NCBI GenBank assembly: GCA_951406725.2 | Contig: OX597822.1 | Coordinates: forward strand, 90,644,001-90,708,000 | Length of the DNA stretch: 64,000 bases | Reading direction: 5' to 3' | Source of the DNA: Octopus vulgaris | Taxonomy: Eukaryota | Shown here: positions 1 through 13,800 of the stretch, in pieces | How positions within the stretch are numbered: the stretch's first letter is position 1 | How the letters are laid out: every line of letters begins with the position of its first letter | The notes under the pieces: model-generated | The model's input: only the letters and a program-made list of their open reading frames with translations | What the model was told of the DNA's origin: nothing | The model's database searches: none | Program-made: the position numbers and the translations under genes

Positions 1-991
1 ATAACATATATATATATATATAAAATTTTAGTTCATCACAAAACCTCGCTAAGATAAGTATTTATTTATATTTAAGATCTTTTAAATTGTAAATTTTAAT
101 ATTTTATAAGTCTTTGGTGTAATATTTTTCTTATGTAAATATCGTTGTTTATGTAATGATCTAATTATCGTAATTTTCTATATAATTATTAGATATTAAA
201 TTTAAGTTTATTCGTAAGATATTACTTAGCGATAGATATGTTGTTTGATAGCAAGAATACGAGTTGTCTAAAGTTAGGTTTATGTATATACATGTATTAA
301 TAGCATTAATTGTAGTTTTAAATTTCTTATAATTAAAATTAGATAAACTTAGATAGACTTAGATATGTTTCGACCAAAGATTGGTCCAGGCCATGTCTAA
401 CTTAATAGCATAACTTAGTTATTGTCTTTTTAAATTGATATTTGCTAGTTTTTTCCCATTGATAAATATATTTATAGTATTTATAGTATTTATTCGATAC
501 TATATAACTACGAATTGATTATTTCTATAAGTATTTTAAATATAAGATTTCCGAAAGTTCGTTTAAGTTTGTTTGTATTTTTGAAATTAGCTATTTCATC
601 TTTAAATATGAAAAATTAATTTATTAGGTCTTTATTATATGTGCATATATATTTATTTATAGAGATTATGTTAGATCTTAATTATAATATTTATATACAT
701 TTATATATTTTCATTGATAATTTATATATAATAGTCATTTAAAAATTTTTTTTTTTTTAATATTTATGTAATTAGATAAAGACTATTACCGATATTAGAT
801 TATTGGTGGGTTTCTTACCTTAAAAATTAAAATTTATATTTAACATTATAATCGATTTTGATATAATCATAATCGTTAAGTTTTAAGTTTCTAGTTTGAT
901 AATAGAGTTTATTATAAGTAAAATTATTATATTATTTATATCTTAAAAATATTGTTTAAATATTTCTGATTATTTTAAAAATATTTCAATT

Positions 992-1086
992 AACCTGAAG
1001 ATTGACTGTAACCATAATTCGAATTATTAATTGAATTTAAATTATTGTTATTCGAATTGGTACAGCCATGAAACGATCGTAGTGTT
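992..1086 (+). ncRNA. Degenerate hammerhead-like motif
   Basis: CTGAAGA(995-1001); long stem II (CTGTA/TACAG, AATTCGAAT/ATTCGAATT); GAAA-C-GATC-G-TA^; stem I poor. Confidence 0.4.
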
Positions 1087-1342
1087 TTACTCTTTATCTT
1101 TTATTAAACTTTTAATACTTTTGATATTTATATTTAAAAAAAAAAAAATTAATAAATAAAATAATATATAAATATAAATATACATATATATATATATTTG
1201 TATATATATATTTAAAATTTATAAGTTTAAATTATTTAAATAATTTTTTAATTTTTAACTTTTATATTTTTAAATTAATTTAAGTATTGGCTTATGTTTT
1301 TCACTGTTTGATTTGCCTAATAGTGGTTTTATCTCTAATTTA

Positions 1343-1388
<46 letters not shown>

Positions 1389-1394
1389 TACAAT

Positions 1395-1553
1395 GGGCTT
1401 CTTTCAGTTTCCTTCTACCAAATCCACTCACAAGGCTCTGGTCAGCCCGAGGCTATAGTAGAAGATACTTGCCCAAGGTGCCACGCAGTGGGACTGAACC
1501 CAGAACCATGTGGTTGGTAAGCAAGCGACTTACCACACAGCCACTCCTACGCC
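1395..1553 (-). mobile_element. tRNA-derived SINE, 5' part
   Basis: Reverse strand reads AGGAGTGGCTGTGTGGTAAG...GGTTCAGTCCC (A/B boxes); recurs many times in the window. Confidence 0.8.
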
Positions 1554-2414
1554 TAAAAAGGCAAAGTTGACCTCTGCGAATTTTGAACTCGGAACGTTAA
1601 GACAGACGAAATACTGCTAAGCATTTTGCCCATTGTGCCAGCTCACTTGTAGATAATCACCAGACTTCTTCAGTATTTTTTTCTTTTTTCCTTATTATTA
1701 TTTTATTTTTTTTTTTGATAAGATCAATATACTGTTAGAATTTCAGTTTGCATTTATAAAAATCATTTTACTTTTTATTTCCTAGAAATTATCATGTGGG
1801 TAACCATGCCATTTTTATTATTATGAAACCAACACTTGAGCAGATCATATTAAATTGTTATGCTACTGATCTTGGCCAGTGGATTTAATGCTTTCTTATT
1901 TGGTAACAGCAACTGCAGACAAATTTCTGCCACGCCTTTTTAAAAATATTTCCAAGAAATATTTTCAGTATCTACAGTTTTTAGCAGACATGAGTGGAAA
2001 AACACATGGGATATGGGTTTAAATTTTACTAGTCATTCATTCTGTTGTGCCTGTTTGCTTCATTCAAAAGGCTTTGGTTGACCTGAGGCTATCGTAGAAG
2101 ACACTTGCCCCCAAGGTGTGTTGTGGAATTGAATCTGAAACCACATGGTTGGGAAGCAAGTTTCTCAATCACAGTCATACCTGTATATGCATGTGCACAT
2201 GCACACACACACACACACATTAGGCTTCTTTTAGTTTCCTTTTACTAATCCACTCAAAAGTTGTCTTTGGTTTAGGTCTATAGTATTTTGATGTATAATT
2301 AGTTTATTACTATGTATGTATGCACATACGTACGTACGTATGTACATATATGCATACATAGATACATACGTATATGCTTATTTATATGTATGTATTTATT
2401 TGTGTATGTACTTA

Positions 2415-2449
<35 letters not shown>

Positions 2450-5400
2450 ACGAAGGGGTGCTGAAAAGTTCCTGGCTTTGGGTAAAAGAAAATGCAGGAG
2501 GGTCAGTTATAGTTTTATTCAACATACTAGGCTATCCGTGACCTGTTGAAGCTGATTTCAATATTGCATTGAAATGGAAGTTAATTCAGTTCATCCGTGT
2601 CATCATAAGTTTGGTCTACAAGTTATGTTTAAGGTTTTATTGATTATTTATCAGGAATGTCTTTCCTGTCCCACCTGAAGCATCAATGAAAAACAATGCA
2701 GATGTGTTCCTCCCCAAACTGTTAAAAACAAAGTCGTACACATCTTTTTGCTAACTGGAGAGTCTGGCATAACTACAGATGTCTACCCCCCACTAACTTC
2801 ATTGGGGAAATTTACCCTTTGTTGCCTCATAACTTCCAGAAAAATAGATACTCTTTAACGAAATTTTCAGCAAATACCGCTTAGATGTTGTAGATTCAGA
2901 ATATCTAGGGATTTATGGGAAAGAATCTTTCCAAGGAGGTGGGGAGGGTTAACGTTTACAAGTACACCGGCATGAAAATATCAACCTTTTTTAAAAAATT
3001 TTTTCAGCAGATTTCTTTGTTTGCAATGACAGAGATTCTGAATATGCTAAAAACCATGTTTTCAAAATGTTCACTTCCCTCCTCCCCACTCCAAATTAAA
3101 AAATTTTCTGTGAGGAAACTCCAAAATTGATTTATTCACCCCTCCCGCTATCTAAAAGTGAAAATGAACGGCTTGTGTGTTTGTGTGTGCGAATGAACAG
3201 AGAAAATACACTGAAATATGTTTTACATACCTGTCATATACGTCGGTTTTGCTTTTTCACTTTAAAGGTATACGATCCTGATAGAAGCAATCATGATATT
3301 CAACAATATGTTCGTGTTCTTTATTCAGAAAGAATAAAAACTTCAAGGGACTTCGTTCATGTGTATCTCCACCCCACACCAAAATTTTGTATATTCAGAA
3401 TCTACATGATATAACACATATTCGTAGAAAATTTCATTAAAAAATATCCACTTTTCTGAAAATTATGATCATCCAAAGTCAGTGGGGTGGAAATCTTTAG
3501 TTATGCCTTGATTTTAATTGCATGGTGCCCACAAAATTGACCACTATCGCTCCAGAGAAGGGAAGATAAGTTTTTTTGTTAAACAGATACTCCAGATCAT
3601 TTCCAAGGACACTGTAAAAAGATATCTGAAAAATCTCTGCCAAAATGGAGAAATTCCAACTTGTTGGTGCTTCCTAACTCCGAAGTCAGCCTATATATGT
3701 ATGTATTTATGTGTGTCTTTGTGTTTGACAACCTGTCACCGCTTATAACCGCAGTTGCTGTACATTATTTACAATGAAGAGATAGTTGTCCTCGTAGTGC
3801 TTGTTGTTATCACGTTTCGGCTGATGTACTCTCCAGCCTTCATCATGTGTTCTGGTGGAATTTTGAACCCAACCCTTTACTTGACTAATATTGCGGTGTT
3901 TACATCCCCATAACTTAGCGGTTCAGCAAAAAAGCCCCAATAGAATAAGTACTAGGCTTCAAAAATAAGGGTTGTTTCATTTGACTAAAGCCCCTCAAGG
4001 CGGTGCTCCAGCTTGGTCGCAGTCAAGTGACTGAAACAAGTAAAGGAGTAACTCCACAATGTTGCCTTTCTTCTTGATGAACATCCATTGCCCTTCTATA
4101 GTCTGAGTATGGATGTTGTTATTTGGATAAAAAAAAATTGAGTGAATCATTGACCCTCATAAAAAGACCCCCATTGAATATCAAACGTGTTTCATGAAAT
4201 TTTGGTATATTACTAGGCATAACTACAGATTTCTGCCCCACCCCGACTTTGGATAATCATAACTGTCATATAAATGGATATTTTTTAATGAAATTCTCTA
4301 CAATATGTAGATTTTGAGGACATAGGAATTTTGGGGGAAAACAATTGGGGGTTATTTTTGAGAACTGTTCCCCACTCGTGGGTGTTTCTGAACAAGTCCA
4401 TATTTGTAGAGAATTTCATTAAAAAGTATCCGTTTTCTTGAAAGTTAAGACAAATTGAAGTGGACTCTGGTGAATTTTCCAAAATTCCCCACCTTACCTC
4501 CAAAATTAGGCCAGTGGTGCTATTGAGTTAGACATGGCCTGGGCCTATACTGGCCAAGACCTATCAAAGTTATTCTAATATGCCACGTATTTTATGCATT
4601 TTAGAAATAGTTCCTGATGAACAAGGGGCTTTTATAGTCTTCATATTCTTAACTGCTGCCAAGAAGAATGGTTGGACCCTCACTTATGTTCAGATTAGGA
4701 CAGCTCTGTCACATTTAGTAGCCTTTCATGTTTGCAAGCTTTTCACTTTTCGATTGCGGGATGGACTGGCAAGCAGTGTATGATTCAATTTTGGAGTTTC
4801 CTCATAGAAAATTCGAAATTATTATTTTTTTTCCATATTCTTAATCTCCATATTTTTCCACTCAGATTTAAAAAAAAAAAAAAATTCGAAAAAAGTTAAA
4901 ATTTAAAAATTTGGGGAGTTGAAAATTTTGAAAACATGTTTTTTGGTATATTTAGAATCTCCGTCATCAAAAACATAGGAATCCACTGAAAAAATTTCCA
5001 AAAAAATTTGTCACCACCAATACCAGATGTCTCTTCTCTCAATTCCCCCTCCTCACTGGTACTGTTCCCTATATAACCTGCACTCTCTATTTCTCTCCCT
5101 CTCTTTCTCTCTCTCTTTACTGGGACAAATGCAACCAAGTTATCTGCCCACCTACTTCACCAGCTATCTTTTTGTTTTCGTTCCATCTAGAAACATGCCA
5201 ACAACTACCCAGGAATTTTCCTTGGCCTTATCAAGTGAAGGAGAAAGCTATTTGGCTGTCCATGTGTGCTTGTCCCTGTGTGTGGGTGCGCATGCATGCG
5301 CTTGTATGTATGTAGGGATGAGCTTGTTTCCCCTCCCTCTGTCTGAACCCTCCCCCACTGGTGGTACCCTCCATCATACCTGCAATCCCCCTCTTCCTGG

Positions 5401-5689
5401 ACAAATGCAACCAGTTTTAGCTGGCTCCCTACCTAATCTAACATTGGAATATCCATATTTTACTACACTGCTTAAATTTACATTATTCGATGACCATAAT
5501 GCTTATGCTTACAACGCCGCTAACACCTGCTCCCACATCCAGTAGGGGCAACAATCTTAACATGCTTGAATGTTTGAATATTGTCAGCTCGGAAGTGAGA
5601 ACAGGTGAAGCATGCCTAACAAATGAACATGACAACCTCCCTCTTCTTTTCAGGTGCTGAATAACATCTCTCCTCCCCAAGCCTCACCC

Positions 5690-6410
5690 CACATTCCCTT
5701 CCCAATTTTCAGAGTTGGCACTGTCAATGTAGGCACACTGAAAGGTAGATCTAGAGAGATTGTAGAGATACTTGAAAGGAGGCGGGTTGATGTATGCTGC
5801 ATACAAGAGGTAAGATGGAGAGGAGGTTCAGCTAGGATCCTCACAGGTATAAAGTCTTCTAGCAAGGTAACATAGATGGAGTAGGGGGTGTAGGTATACT
5901 CCTTGCAGAGAAATGGGTGGATAAGGTCATAGAGGTTGTCAGGGTATGAGATAGAATGCTTAAGCTCAGGCTAGTCCTGCAAAACAGCACAGCTACAGTT
6001 ATCTCTGCCTACGCTCCACAAGCGGGGCTGCCAAATGATCAGAAGGACCATTTTTATGATAACCTCTTACAGGCTGCCTCAAAGACGAGTGGCAATGACC
6101 TCACCTTCGAGGCTGGAAATTTTAATGGGCATGTCAGGCAGAAATCCGGTATCTTCACTGGTGTACACGGGGCATGGTATTGGTTCCCAGAACGATGAGG
6201 GAACTAGGCTACTAGAGTTCTGTGATGCATGTAACCTTTTAATCAGCAACACTAAGTTCAGGAAGCCAGACAACCACCTGATAACCTATCAATCAGGGAC
6301 TCTGCTGGCCAGATACATTTCATCCTTACGAGACAGAGGGACGCAGGGTTGCTCATAAATACAAACACCCTCCCGGATGAGGAATGCACCCCACAGCATA
6401 GACTAGTCAT
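5690..6410 (+). mobile_element. RTE-clade LINE APE endonuclease remnant
   Basis: FRVGTVNVGTLKGRS...VDVCCIQEVRWRG, ISAYAPQ, GNFNGHV, GTRLLEFC; broken by stops and frameshifts. Confidence 0.85.
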
Positions 6411-6469
6411 TAATAAAGGTGTACGTATTCACATATGATGCGTGCACACACACATACATACATACATAA

Positions 6470-6645
6470 ATTTCTCAGTTTCTTGGAATATTGTTTCTTC
6501 TGCCCCTTATAGGATTAGAAATAGAACTTGTCTTTTATGCCTAGAAGAGTCTTATATAATTATGAAAATGAATGGTACCATCTTAAATTTGAGAGATGAA
6601 AGAGTTTTTTCTTGTAAACATATATCCAAATTCCTTTTCATTAAC
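6470..6645 (+). mobile_element. Penelope-like element C-terminal remnant
   Basis: SWNIVSSAPY...TCLLCLEESYII...LNLRDE...SCKH resembles the Cys-rich end of the Penelope GIY-YIG region. Confidence 0.55.
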
Positions 6646-6650
6646 CTTAA

Positions 6651-6869
6651 CCCTTTAGTGTTCAGATTATTCTATCAAACATAATGCTTATTGATTCCCA
6701 TTGATTTGAATTAATCATGCATTATCTCATATCTCCAAGATCTTGATGGTGTAATTACTTAATGTAGAATAACATTGTAGGGTAGATGTGAGAGCCTGGA
6801 TCTGGGCAGTTTGAACATAAAACAGATTAAATATTTTGGCTGGATATGGCCGGTTTAAATACTAAAGGG
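6651..6869. mobile_element. piggyBac-like MITE
   Basis: TTAA|CCCTTTAG...CTAAAGGG|TTAA (TIR plus TTAA target duplication); inverted sibling copy at ~11182-11393. Confidence 0.75.
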
Positions 6870-8408
6870 TTAAATAGTCTTTTTGATTACCTCTCTTTCA
6901 TTTTTTATTAGTTCTTATATACTCTTAGGTATATGTGTATGTATGTCTTCTCTATGTGTGTTTGTGTGGGCATGTTTTTATATGTAATGTGTATGTATAT
7001 ATTTGTATATTCCCCACTGGAATTTCCTAATTTTCAACTGTTTTTCAAATTTTGTTTTTTATGCGTGCATAAAAATACAGAGATTACGAATGTAGGAAAT
7101 ATAATTTGTTTCTGAAAATTTAATTTTTCTGAAAGAAATACTGAATGCCCCTTCCCCCACCTCAGCCACCAATCAGCAACCTGCTTTGTTGGTGAAATGC
7201 AAATCTCCTGTATGGAAAAGTAGGAATGTGAGTAAATTGAGGAAAGAAATAGTGAGGTAGGGGTGCGCATGCAAATGTCATCTTGGACATGCTAGAAACA
7301 ACAGGTAAAGGACTGAGATAACTTCTTTGTAAGTTTAAATGGAAGATCAAGTTTTGAAATACGCTCATCACAAACAGGAATGAAAGAATAGGAAAAAGTA
7401 ATTTCCATAAAATTTGAGCTGTAATTTAGCGCACAGCAAAAAATAACAATTCATACATGGGACAAAAATGAAAATGACCTTAAAATTGTATGACACGACC
7501 TCATTTCAGGGGTTCTTGGCATCCCCTTCTCTCCCGCTTTCCCCCCTCTCTTTGTGCTGGCTTTCTTTAACCTTCACCTATAGAACATACAGTATCAATT
7601 TTGTACTGTCTTTCAACTATAGAACATATGTAGGGAATGAAAGATCAGCGTCTGTCTCTTGCCCGCTGTCCCTGTCTTTCAACTTCTCCTATAGAGACTT
7701 TTTGTCTGTCTCTGTGTCTTTCTTTTGTCTCTCTGTCTTTTTCTCATTCTGCGTATCAGTTGGTCATTCTGTAAAAATCTATTTCTTTATGCTTTGAGGA
7801 GAGCAGAAAGTGAAGGAAATGAGAAGTGAAAGATGTATGTTTATGTATATGAAATGGATGTGTGTGTATGTGCAAGTGAGTGAGTGAAGGTGTGTGTTGT
7901 GATGATGGATGTGTTTTAAAGTACACACACACATATAGAAAATATAACGTCATCATCAACATATAAAATGTTTACAATAGTTGACTTCCGGAAAAGATTA
8001 TAATTTAAAATTTTTGAAATGCAAATATGTCAATGAAAATAAAGTTTAGTTGGTAACAGAAATAATGCTGAATCTTTTGATACCCCATTATGCCAAAATC
8101 GGCAACTCTGTTTTGGAATACATAAGGAACATATGCACACACACAAACTCTCTTTAATATATATATATATGTGTGTGTGTGTGTATGTTGCATAAGGATT
8201 GAGCTCTGAGTGCTCTGCTTGCTATTGCAAAAACAGCTGTAAGCTAATGAAACTGATGATGTAATTCCCATTCTCTTATCATTCAATAATTAATACTACT
8301 GTCTGTACTTGCCTAACACTAAAGCATATGCATATTGAGTTGTAACAGTTCATTATTAGTATTGCTTAATTAAAATCATAAAATATATCTATAAATTTAT
8401 ATATATCT

Positions 8409-8445
<37 letters not shown>

Positions 8446-9021
8446 ATAGTGTGGCTCTATTGTTAAGTGCTTTGCTTCTGAATTATGTGATCTCGGGCTC
8501 AGTCCCATTTCAGGGAACCATGAATAAGTGACTTCTAGTATAGACTGGGCTGATCAAAGCTTTGAGATTGGATTTGGTAAATGGAAACTGAAAGAAGCCT
8601 GTTGTGTTGTGTGTGTATCCCTTGACAGCACATGATAGCTTTAAGTGAGCATCATTGTCATATAAATGATGTTTGTTGCTAGTCATACGAGAAAAATATC
8701 TTGCCAAAGAAAAATATTACCTCTCTTAGAAACAGGTGAGTGTTGATGACCAGAAGAGTATCTGGTCATAGGAAATCTGTCTTAACAGATTTCGTCAGTT
8801 TGTTGCAAGTTACCTGTTGTATGATAGGTAAGTTTGGAAGTATAGCTTTTCTCCTATGAGCAATATTAGGAATTATGGCATGTATACAATAATTAGAGTT
8901 CAATTTTTATGAAATTTGTTGCTATCTTTCCTGTGTTAATCTTGTACTTTCTTTGCTGAGTTTTTTCCATTTTGTAGTTTCAGGAAACAATTGAAAAAAA
9001 AAAATTACCCATACTTTATAG

Positions 9022-9160
9022 GTGCAGGCATGGCTGTGTGGTAAAAAGCTTGCTTCCCAACCACATGGTTCCAGGTTCAGTCTCACTGAGTGGCACCTTG
9101 GGCAAGTGACTTCTGTTATAGTCCCGGGTTGCCCATGGAAACTGAAAGAAACCTGTCGTA
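9022..9160 (+). mobile_element. tRNA-derived SINE head
   Basis: GGCATGGCTGTGTGGTAA...GGTTCAGTCTCACTG...GGCACCTTGGGCAAGTG; same family as 32240. Confidence 0.75.
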
Positions 9161-9479
9161 GATATATGTATGTCTTAGTGTACTGGGGTTAATTTGTTCA
9201 ACTAAAATCCTTCAAGACAAATAAAAGATAAAAGAAAATATAAAAGAAGATACACTTGAGTAACACTTGTTTTCACTCAAAAACACATTCCAAGCACATA
9301 AGTGCAGGAACCACATTTACTTAGAAGGTACAAACCCAGGTCCAAAATATCTTTACAAAGTTGATTAATATGAAAGCAAACATGGGTATAATAATAATAA
9401 TAATAATAGTAATAATAACAATAATAATAATAATGGTATCAAATTTTGCCATAAAGACAGCAATTTGGGGGAAGGGGAT

Positions 9480-9648
9480 GAGTTGATTACATTGACCCCA
9501 GTGTTCAACTGGTACTTGTTTTATTGACTCTGAAAGGATGAAAGGTACAGTCGACCTCGGCAGAATTTGAACTCAGAACATAGTGACAGGCGAAGCACTG
9601 CTAAGCATATTGTCCGGTGCGCTAATGCTTCTGCCAGCTCATTGCCTT
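9480..9648 (-). mobile_element. SINE with MetaSINE-like central domain
   Basis: Reverse strand GAGTTCAAATTCTGCCGAGGTCGAC...CCTTTCATCCTTTC; siblings at ~1556, ~24800, ~31450, ~55480. Domain name assigned from memory. Confidence 0.65.
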
Positions 9649-10342
9649 ATTAATTATAATACTAATCATTATTATTACTTTTGTACACCAATCAAACTGG
9701 CTAAATCCAAGTAATGTTTCAAATCAGTCCAAAAACGTTTCTATGCTCATTCATGTTGGCGGTGAAGTTTTCAAGAGGATGTTGAAAGCATTTTTATTGC
9801 TCCCTGAAAATTTTAGGGGGTGCAAGTGCACACCTTCATGAGCATATGTTCAACCATTGTAAATACGATGTGCTTGTTTATGAATGGTATACACACTGTT
9901 TACATCGTTTAATTGTTAACTGAAATAATTGTTAATTAAGAAGAAAATTTGATCAACATATTACTGTTTGCTTCAGCTTGTCTGCATCTCTTTTTTGGTC
10001 AGCTAGCCTGTTCCTGTTTGGTTTTGTCTGTTAGTCTCTTTAATTATATCATTGAAAATCAGATATTTGTTGTTGATATCTATTCTTTACTGTACTAACC
10101 AGCTATATTGTTTCTACAGATGTTTCTGCATTTTATTTGGAGTGGGTTGTAAATTTTTGAAGTAGCTTATAAGCAGTCATGATGCAGCTGGTTATTTTCT
10201 GTTGTTTGAAAGAGATCTTGTGATTGAAATCAATGTTTCTTTGAGCTTCATATCTTTTTGATGGCTATTAATTGATATATTGCTCATTAACATATGTTGT
10301 TTCATTTCCAGTTGCTGGCAAGGTGCACAACTCTGCAAAAAC

Positions 10343-10450
10343 ATGTCGAAGGCCAAGGCACAACAACCTGCTGTGATCCACAAAGTCATTATGGTTGGTA
10401 GTGGTGGTGTTGGCAAATCTGCCCTCACCCTACAATTTATGTACGATGAG
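10343..10450 (+). CDS. Ral: Ral GTPase coding exon 1 (exon starts at 10312; ATG at 10343)
   Basis: Translates [36 protein letters not shown] (Ral-type P-loop). Acceptor ttcatttccAG ends at 10311; donor GAG|gtaagt, phase 0. Confidence 0.97.
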
Positions 10451-10855
10451 GTAAGTTAGTTAAGTACTTCAGGTTTTTAGTGTTGCAGTGCTAAAGATTT
10501 CAGAAAATTGAATGTAGGGTTGAATTTGTCTTAGAGATGAAAATTATTTCTTTTACTTAAGTGAGATATATGATTCCTTTAACTGTTTTTCGTTGCACAA
10601 ATGTCACAAATTACTTTGTAAAAACACATCTAGCATGTGCACACACACAACTAGGGGATATAATACCTTGCTTGGAAACAGTTGAGGGTTAGCAGCAGCA
10701 AGGACATCTGGACATAGAATTTTAACCTTGATGCGTCTTATTTGATCAAAGCAAGCATAGAAAAGTGGACATTAAGCAGTGATGATGTATGTATATGAAT
10801 GTGTGTGTGTTTGTGTTTGTATAACTGTGTCTTTATATGTGTATTTATGAGTGTA

Positions 10856-13800
10856 CTAGCTGAACTACATGGTGTTGCCTGAATTGAAAACTCAAGAAAT
10901 TAGCAGCAACATTGGAATGCAATTTATTTGATTTATAGTAAATCTTTTAGAAAAATATTCACCAAAGTTTCTGGCTAAGTACACTTCATAGATTTTGTTT
11001 CTAAATACATATTTTTAGATATTCTGTTTTAAATGTATTCAATTTTAATTCTGCAAAATATTGTACACAAATTCAAATCTTTTCATTTCCCCAATTTGCA
11101 TATAATTGTTATTTTAACCTTAACTCAACACCCTAAGCTTAAGTGCTAACTATGAAACCTAGCCCTAAACCCTTACCTTAACCATTTAGCATTTAAACTG
11201 TCCATATTGGGCCCAAATATTCTTACTACTTTTTGTTGAAATTGGCCAGATCCAGCCTCTCACATCTGCCTTACAGTGTCATTCTAAAAATAAACAATCA
11301 CATCATTGAAATTGCAAAGCTGCAACATAATGCATAATCAATTAGAAAATTGTGAAGCATTACATTTGACAGAGTAATCTGAATGCTAGAGGATTAAACC
11401 TTCACTTCAAAATCCTAACCCAATCCCTGGCCGTAATCCTATTTTTTGTGCAGACTCACCATCTCCTATGTTTAAAACATATGCTTCTTGCAAAATGTTT
11501 TGAAAATGAAAAAGCTAACACTAAGTATATACCGTAAAAACCCATGTAATTTGCGCACATGTGTAATTTACGCAGGTGATTTTCAGGGTAAAAATTATTA
11601 AAGCTACTCATGTAAAACTCGCACCCAAAAGTTTTCAGAATTGCTGATATGGCCAGGGGCAAAAGGTTTTCAATTTAGTTGTATTTAGCATAATTTCACT
11701 TACTTATGGTTAGATTTTATTAAATTTTCATTAAATAAAAATAATTTCTGTTTAACAGGTATCACATTGAAAGCTATTGAATTACGAAGTGTTTGTGTTT
11801 ATAATAGACTTTATTTTACACTTCTTGCCTACAAGAGATTATGTCCAATCTTTAGCATACTCCTGTATGTCATCTCAAATCACGATCACAAGAAAAGTTT
11901 TTGATAATTCTTATCAACAAAAACAAAGCTGATAAATATGCACAAATGTTGCAAAATAAGTTTAATTACCAATGAACATCAGCTTGGATGACACTATACT
12001 CAACCAACACAGGAAGGTGACTGATCAAACTGATTATATAAACAGAATTCTGATTGGTTGAAAGTGTTTTCTTGTCTGAAGCTCTGATTTTTCTGCCTAT
12101 TCTTGTTGGAACCTTTGATACGGAGTATTGACATTTTAATCCCTTTGGCACTTATAAAATGTCAAGCAAGCTTAAAAATTTGTCATTACTGTTTTAGCCA
12201 GGAGATCAAACTGATAGTTTGGTAACCCACTAAAACAAACATTAAAAATCAAAAGGAGAAAATAAATAGCTTTGCAAGTTTAACTTGATGTTTATTGAAC
12301 AAGTGAGGTGTGAAATTTAAGAAGCAACTTGTTAGAATATACACTTCTACGAGGAGACATAAACAAGAATAGCAAAAATCTGCTATACCAAAAGAACTGG
12401 TAATACGTACATTACAAGTGTTCTATGAAGAGAACATAAGATTGCTGCATAATTCAACATGAATGTGAAATGATATTAAACATCGTATAAGGTAAATGAA
12501 GGTTTCTGTAGGAACGCTTAATCATATCCACTTAGTGAGTTTACATGCGCAAGGATAGATTATGATGTTGTTGTTGTCAGGTGCAGTAAGAGCTGGTAGC
12601 AGCGATGTCAGCGGTGATGAATTTCATTGTCATAATGTATAGAAAGTGAACAATAGCTTCCCGGAGGCAAACACAAGCTAGACTTCTTAAGCAGAGAAAA
12701 ACTGATCTATTTAAGGAAATTGCTGGGCTCCATTATGATAAGTACACACTCCAAGCAATGTAAAATATGGCCCGGACTGTGATTACCTGCATGAACATCA
12801 AACTTCAAAAAGTAGTTTACCATTTAATAGTAAAGTTATACAGAAAAAGTAAGCATTATACCATCCAGCATAAATAAAAGTCAACTTCATATTTTTTCTG
12901 TGAAAACCTATTCTGATATTAAATGAGTTAACTTCCTGTATAAATGTTTACATTTGTACACCATTTTTCAACAACAAAAAGAAAATTCTAAAAAAAAATT
13001 CTCGACACAGTCTACTCATGTAATTTACGCACCCACTAAAGTTTATTTTTCTTTTTGCGAAAAAAGTGCATAAATTACATGGTTTTTTTCCGGTAATTTG
13101 AAACTAAGTGGGTAAAAAACCTATAAATAATTGCAGTTTTGAAAAGCTTTTTATTTAAACAATTGTAATTTCATTTCTAGTGTTTAAAAAATAACAATCA
13201 GGAGAAATTTTCAAATACACACACACACACATATATAAGTTGTGTGGAGTGTTATGACTTTGCCAAAAAAATATTGGAGCACTAGTATACCAGTTTTGTC
13301 AGTTGTGGAATTTCTGTTATTTATGGAATCAATCTCATTAGGATGCAAAAACCAGATTGATATATGAGCATGAGGCAAGCCTCTTTTTTGCCATGTAAGT
13401 GGCAATGTACTGGTTGAAATATGTGCAATATACTCACAAGGTCTATCAATTTGGAAACCTTGAGATGAAAAACTCTTGCAATTAGGTGGTGTTGTCTGAG
13501 TAGAAATGTCATAGAAAAAGCTTTGCTTAGGTTTTGTTCCATTTAGCATTACAAGCTTAAGGAATGGACAAATTTGGATGTCCATAATTACATACATATG
13601 TCATGACATTCTACCCTCTCATGCATTTTTCTTGGGCTTTGTATAAAACTGGATGTGAGAATACAAAGTTATCCTAGCTCCGAGTGGCAATATCATTGTA
13701 AATGCATCTACAATTCTGAATATACTTCTTTTGATGTATTTTATATACCACAACCTCTTATTCTCTGTTTTGGCATACATAACAATATACAGGTGAAAAA

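Noticed and set aside
360-395. Minus-strand GACCAA/TTGGTC-GAAAC hairpin
   Set aside because: The CUGANGA core is absent.
10192-10428. Minus-strand 78-aa ORF
   Set aside because: Antisense shadow of Ral exon 1.
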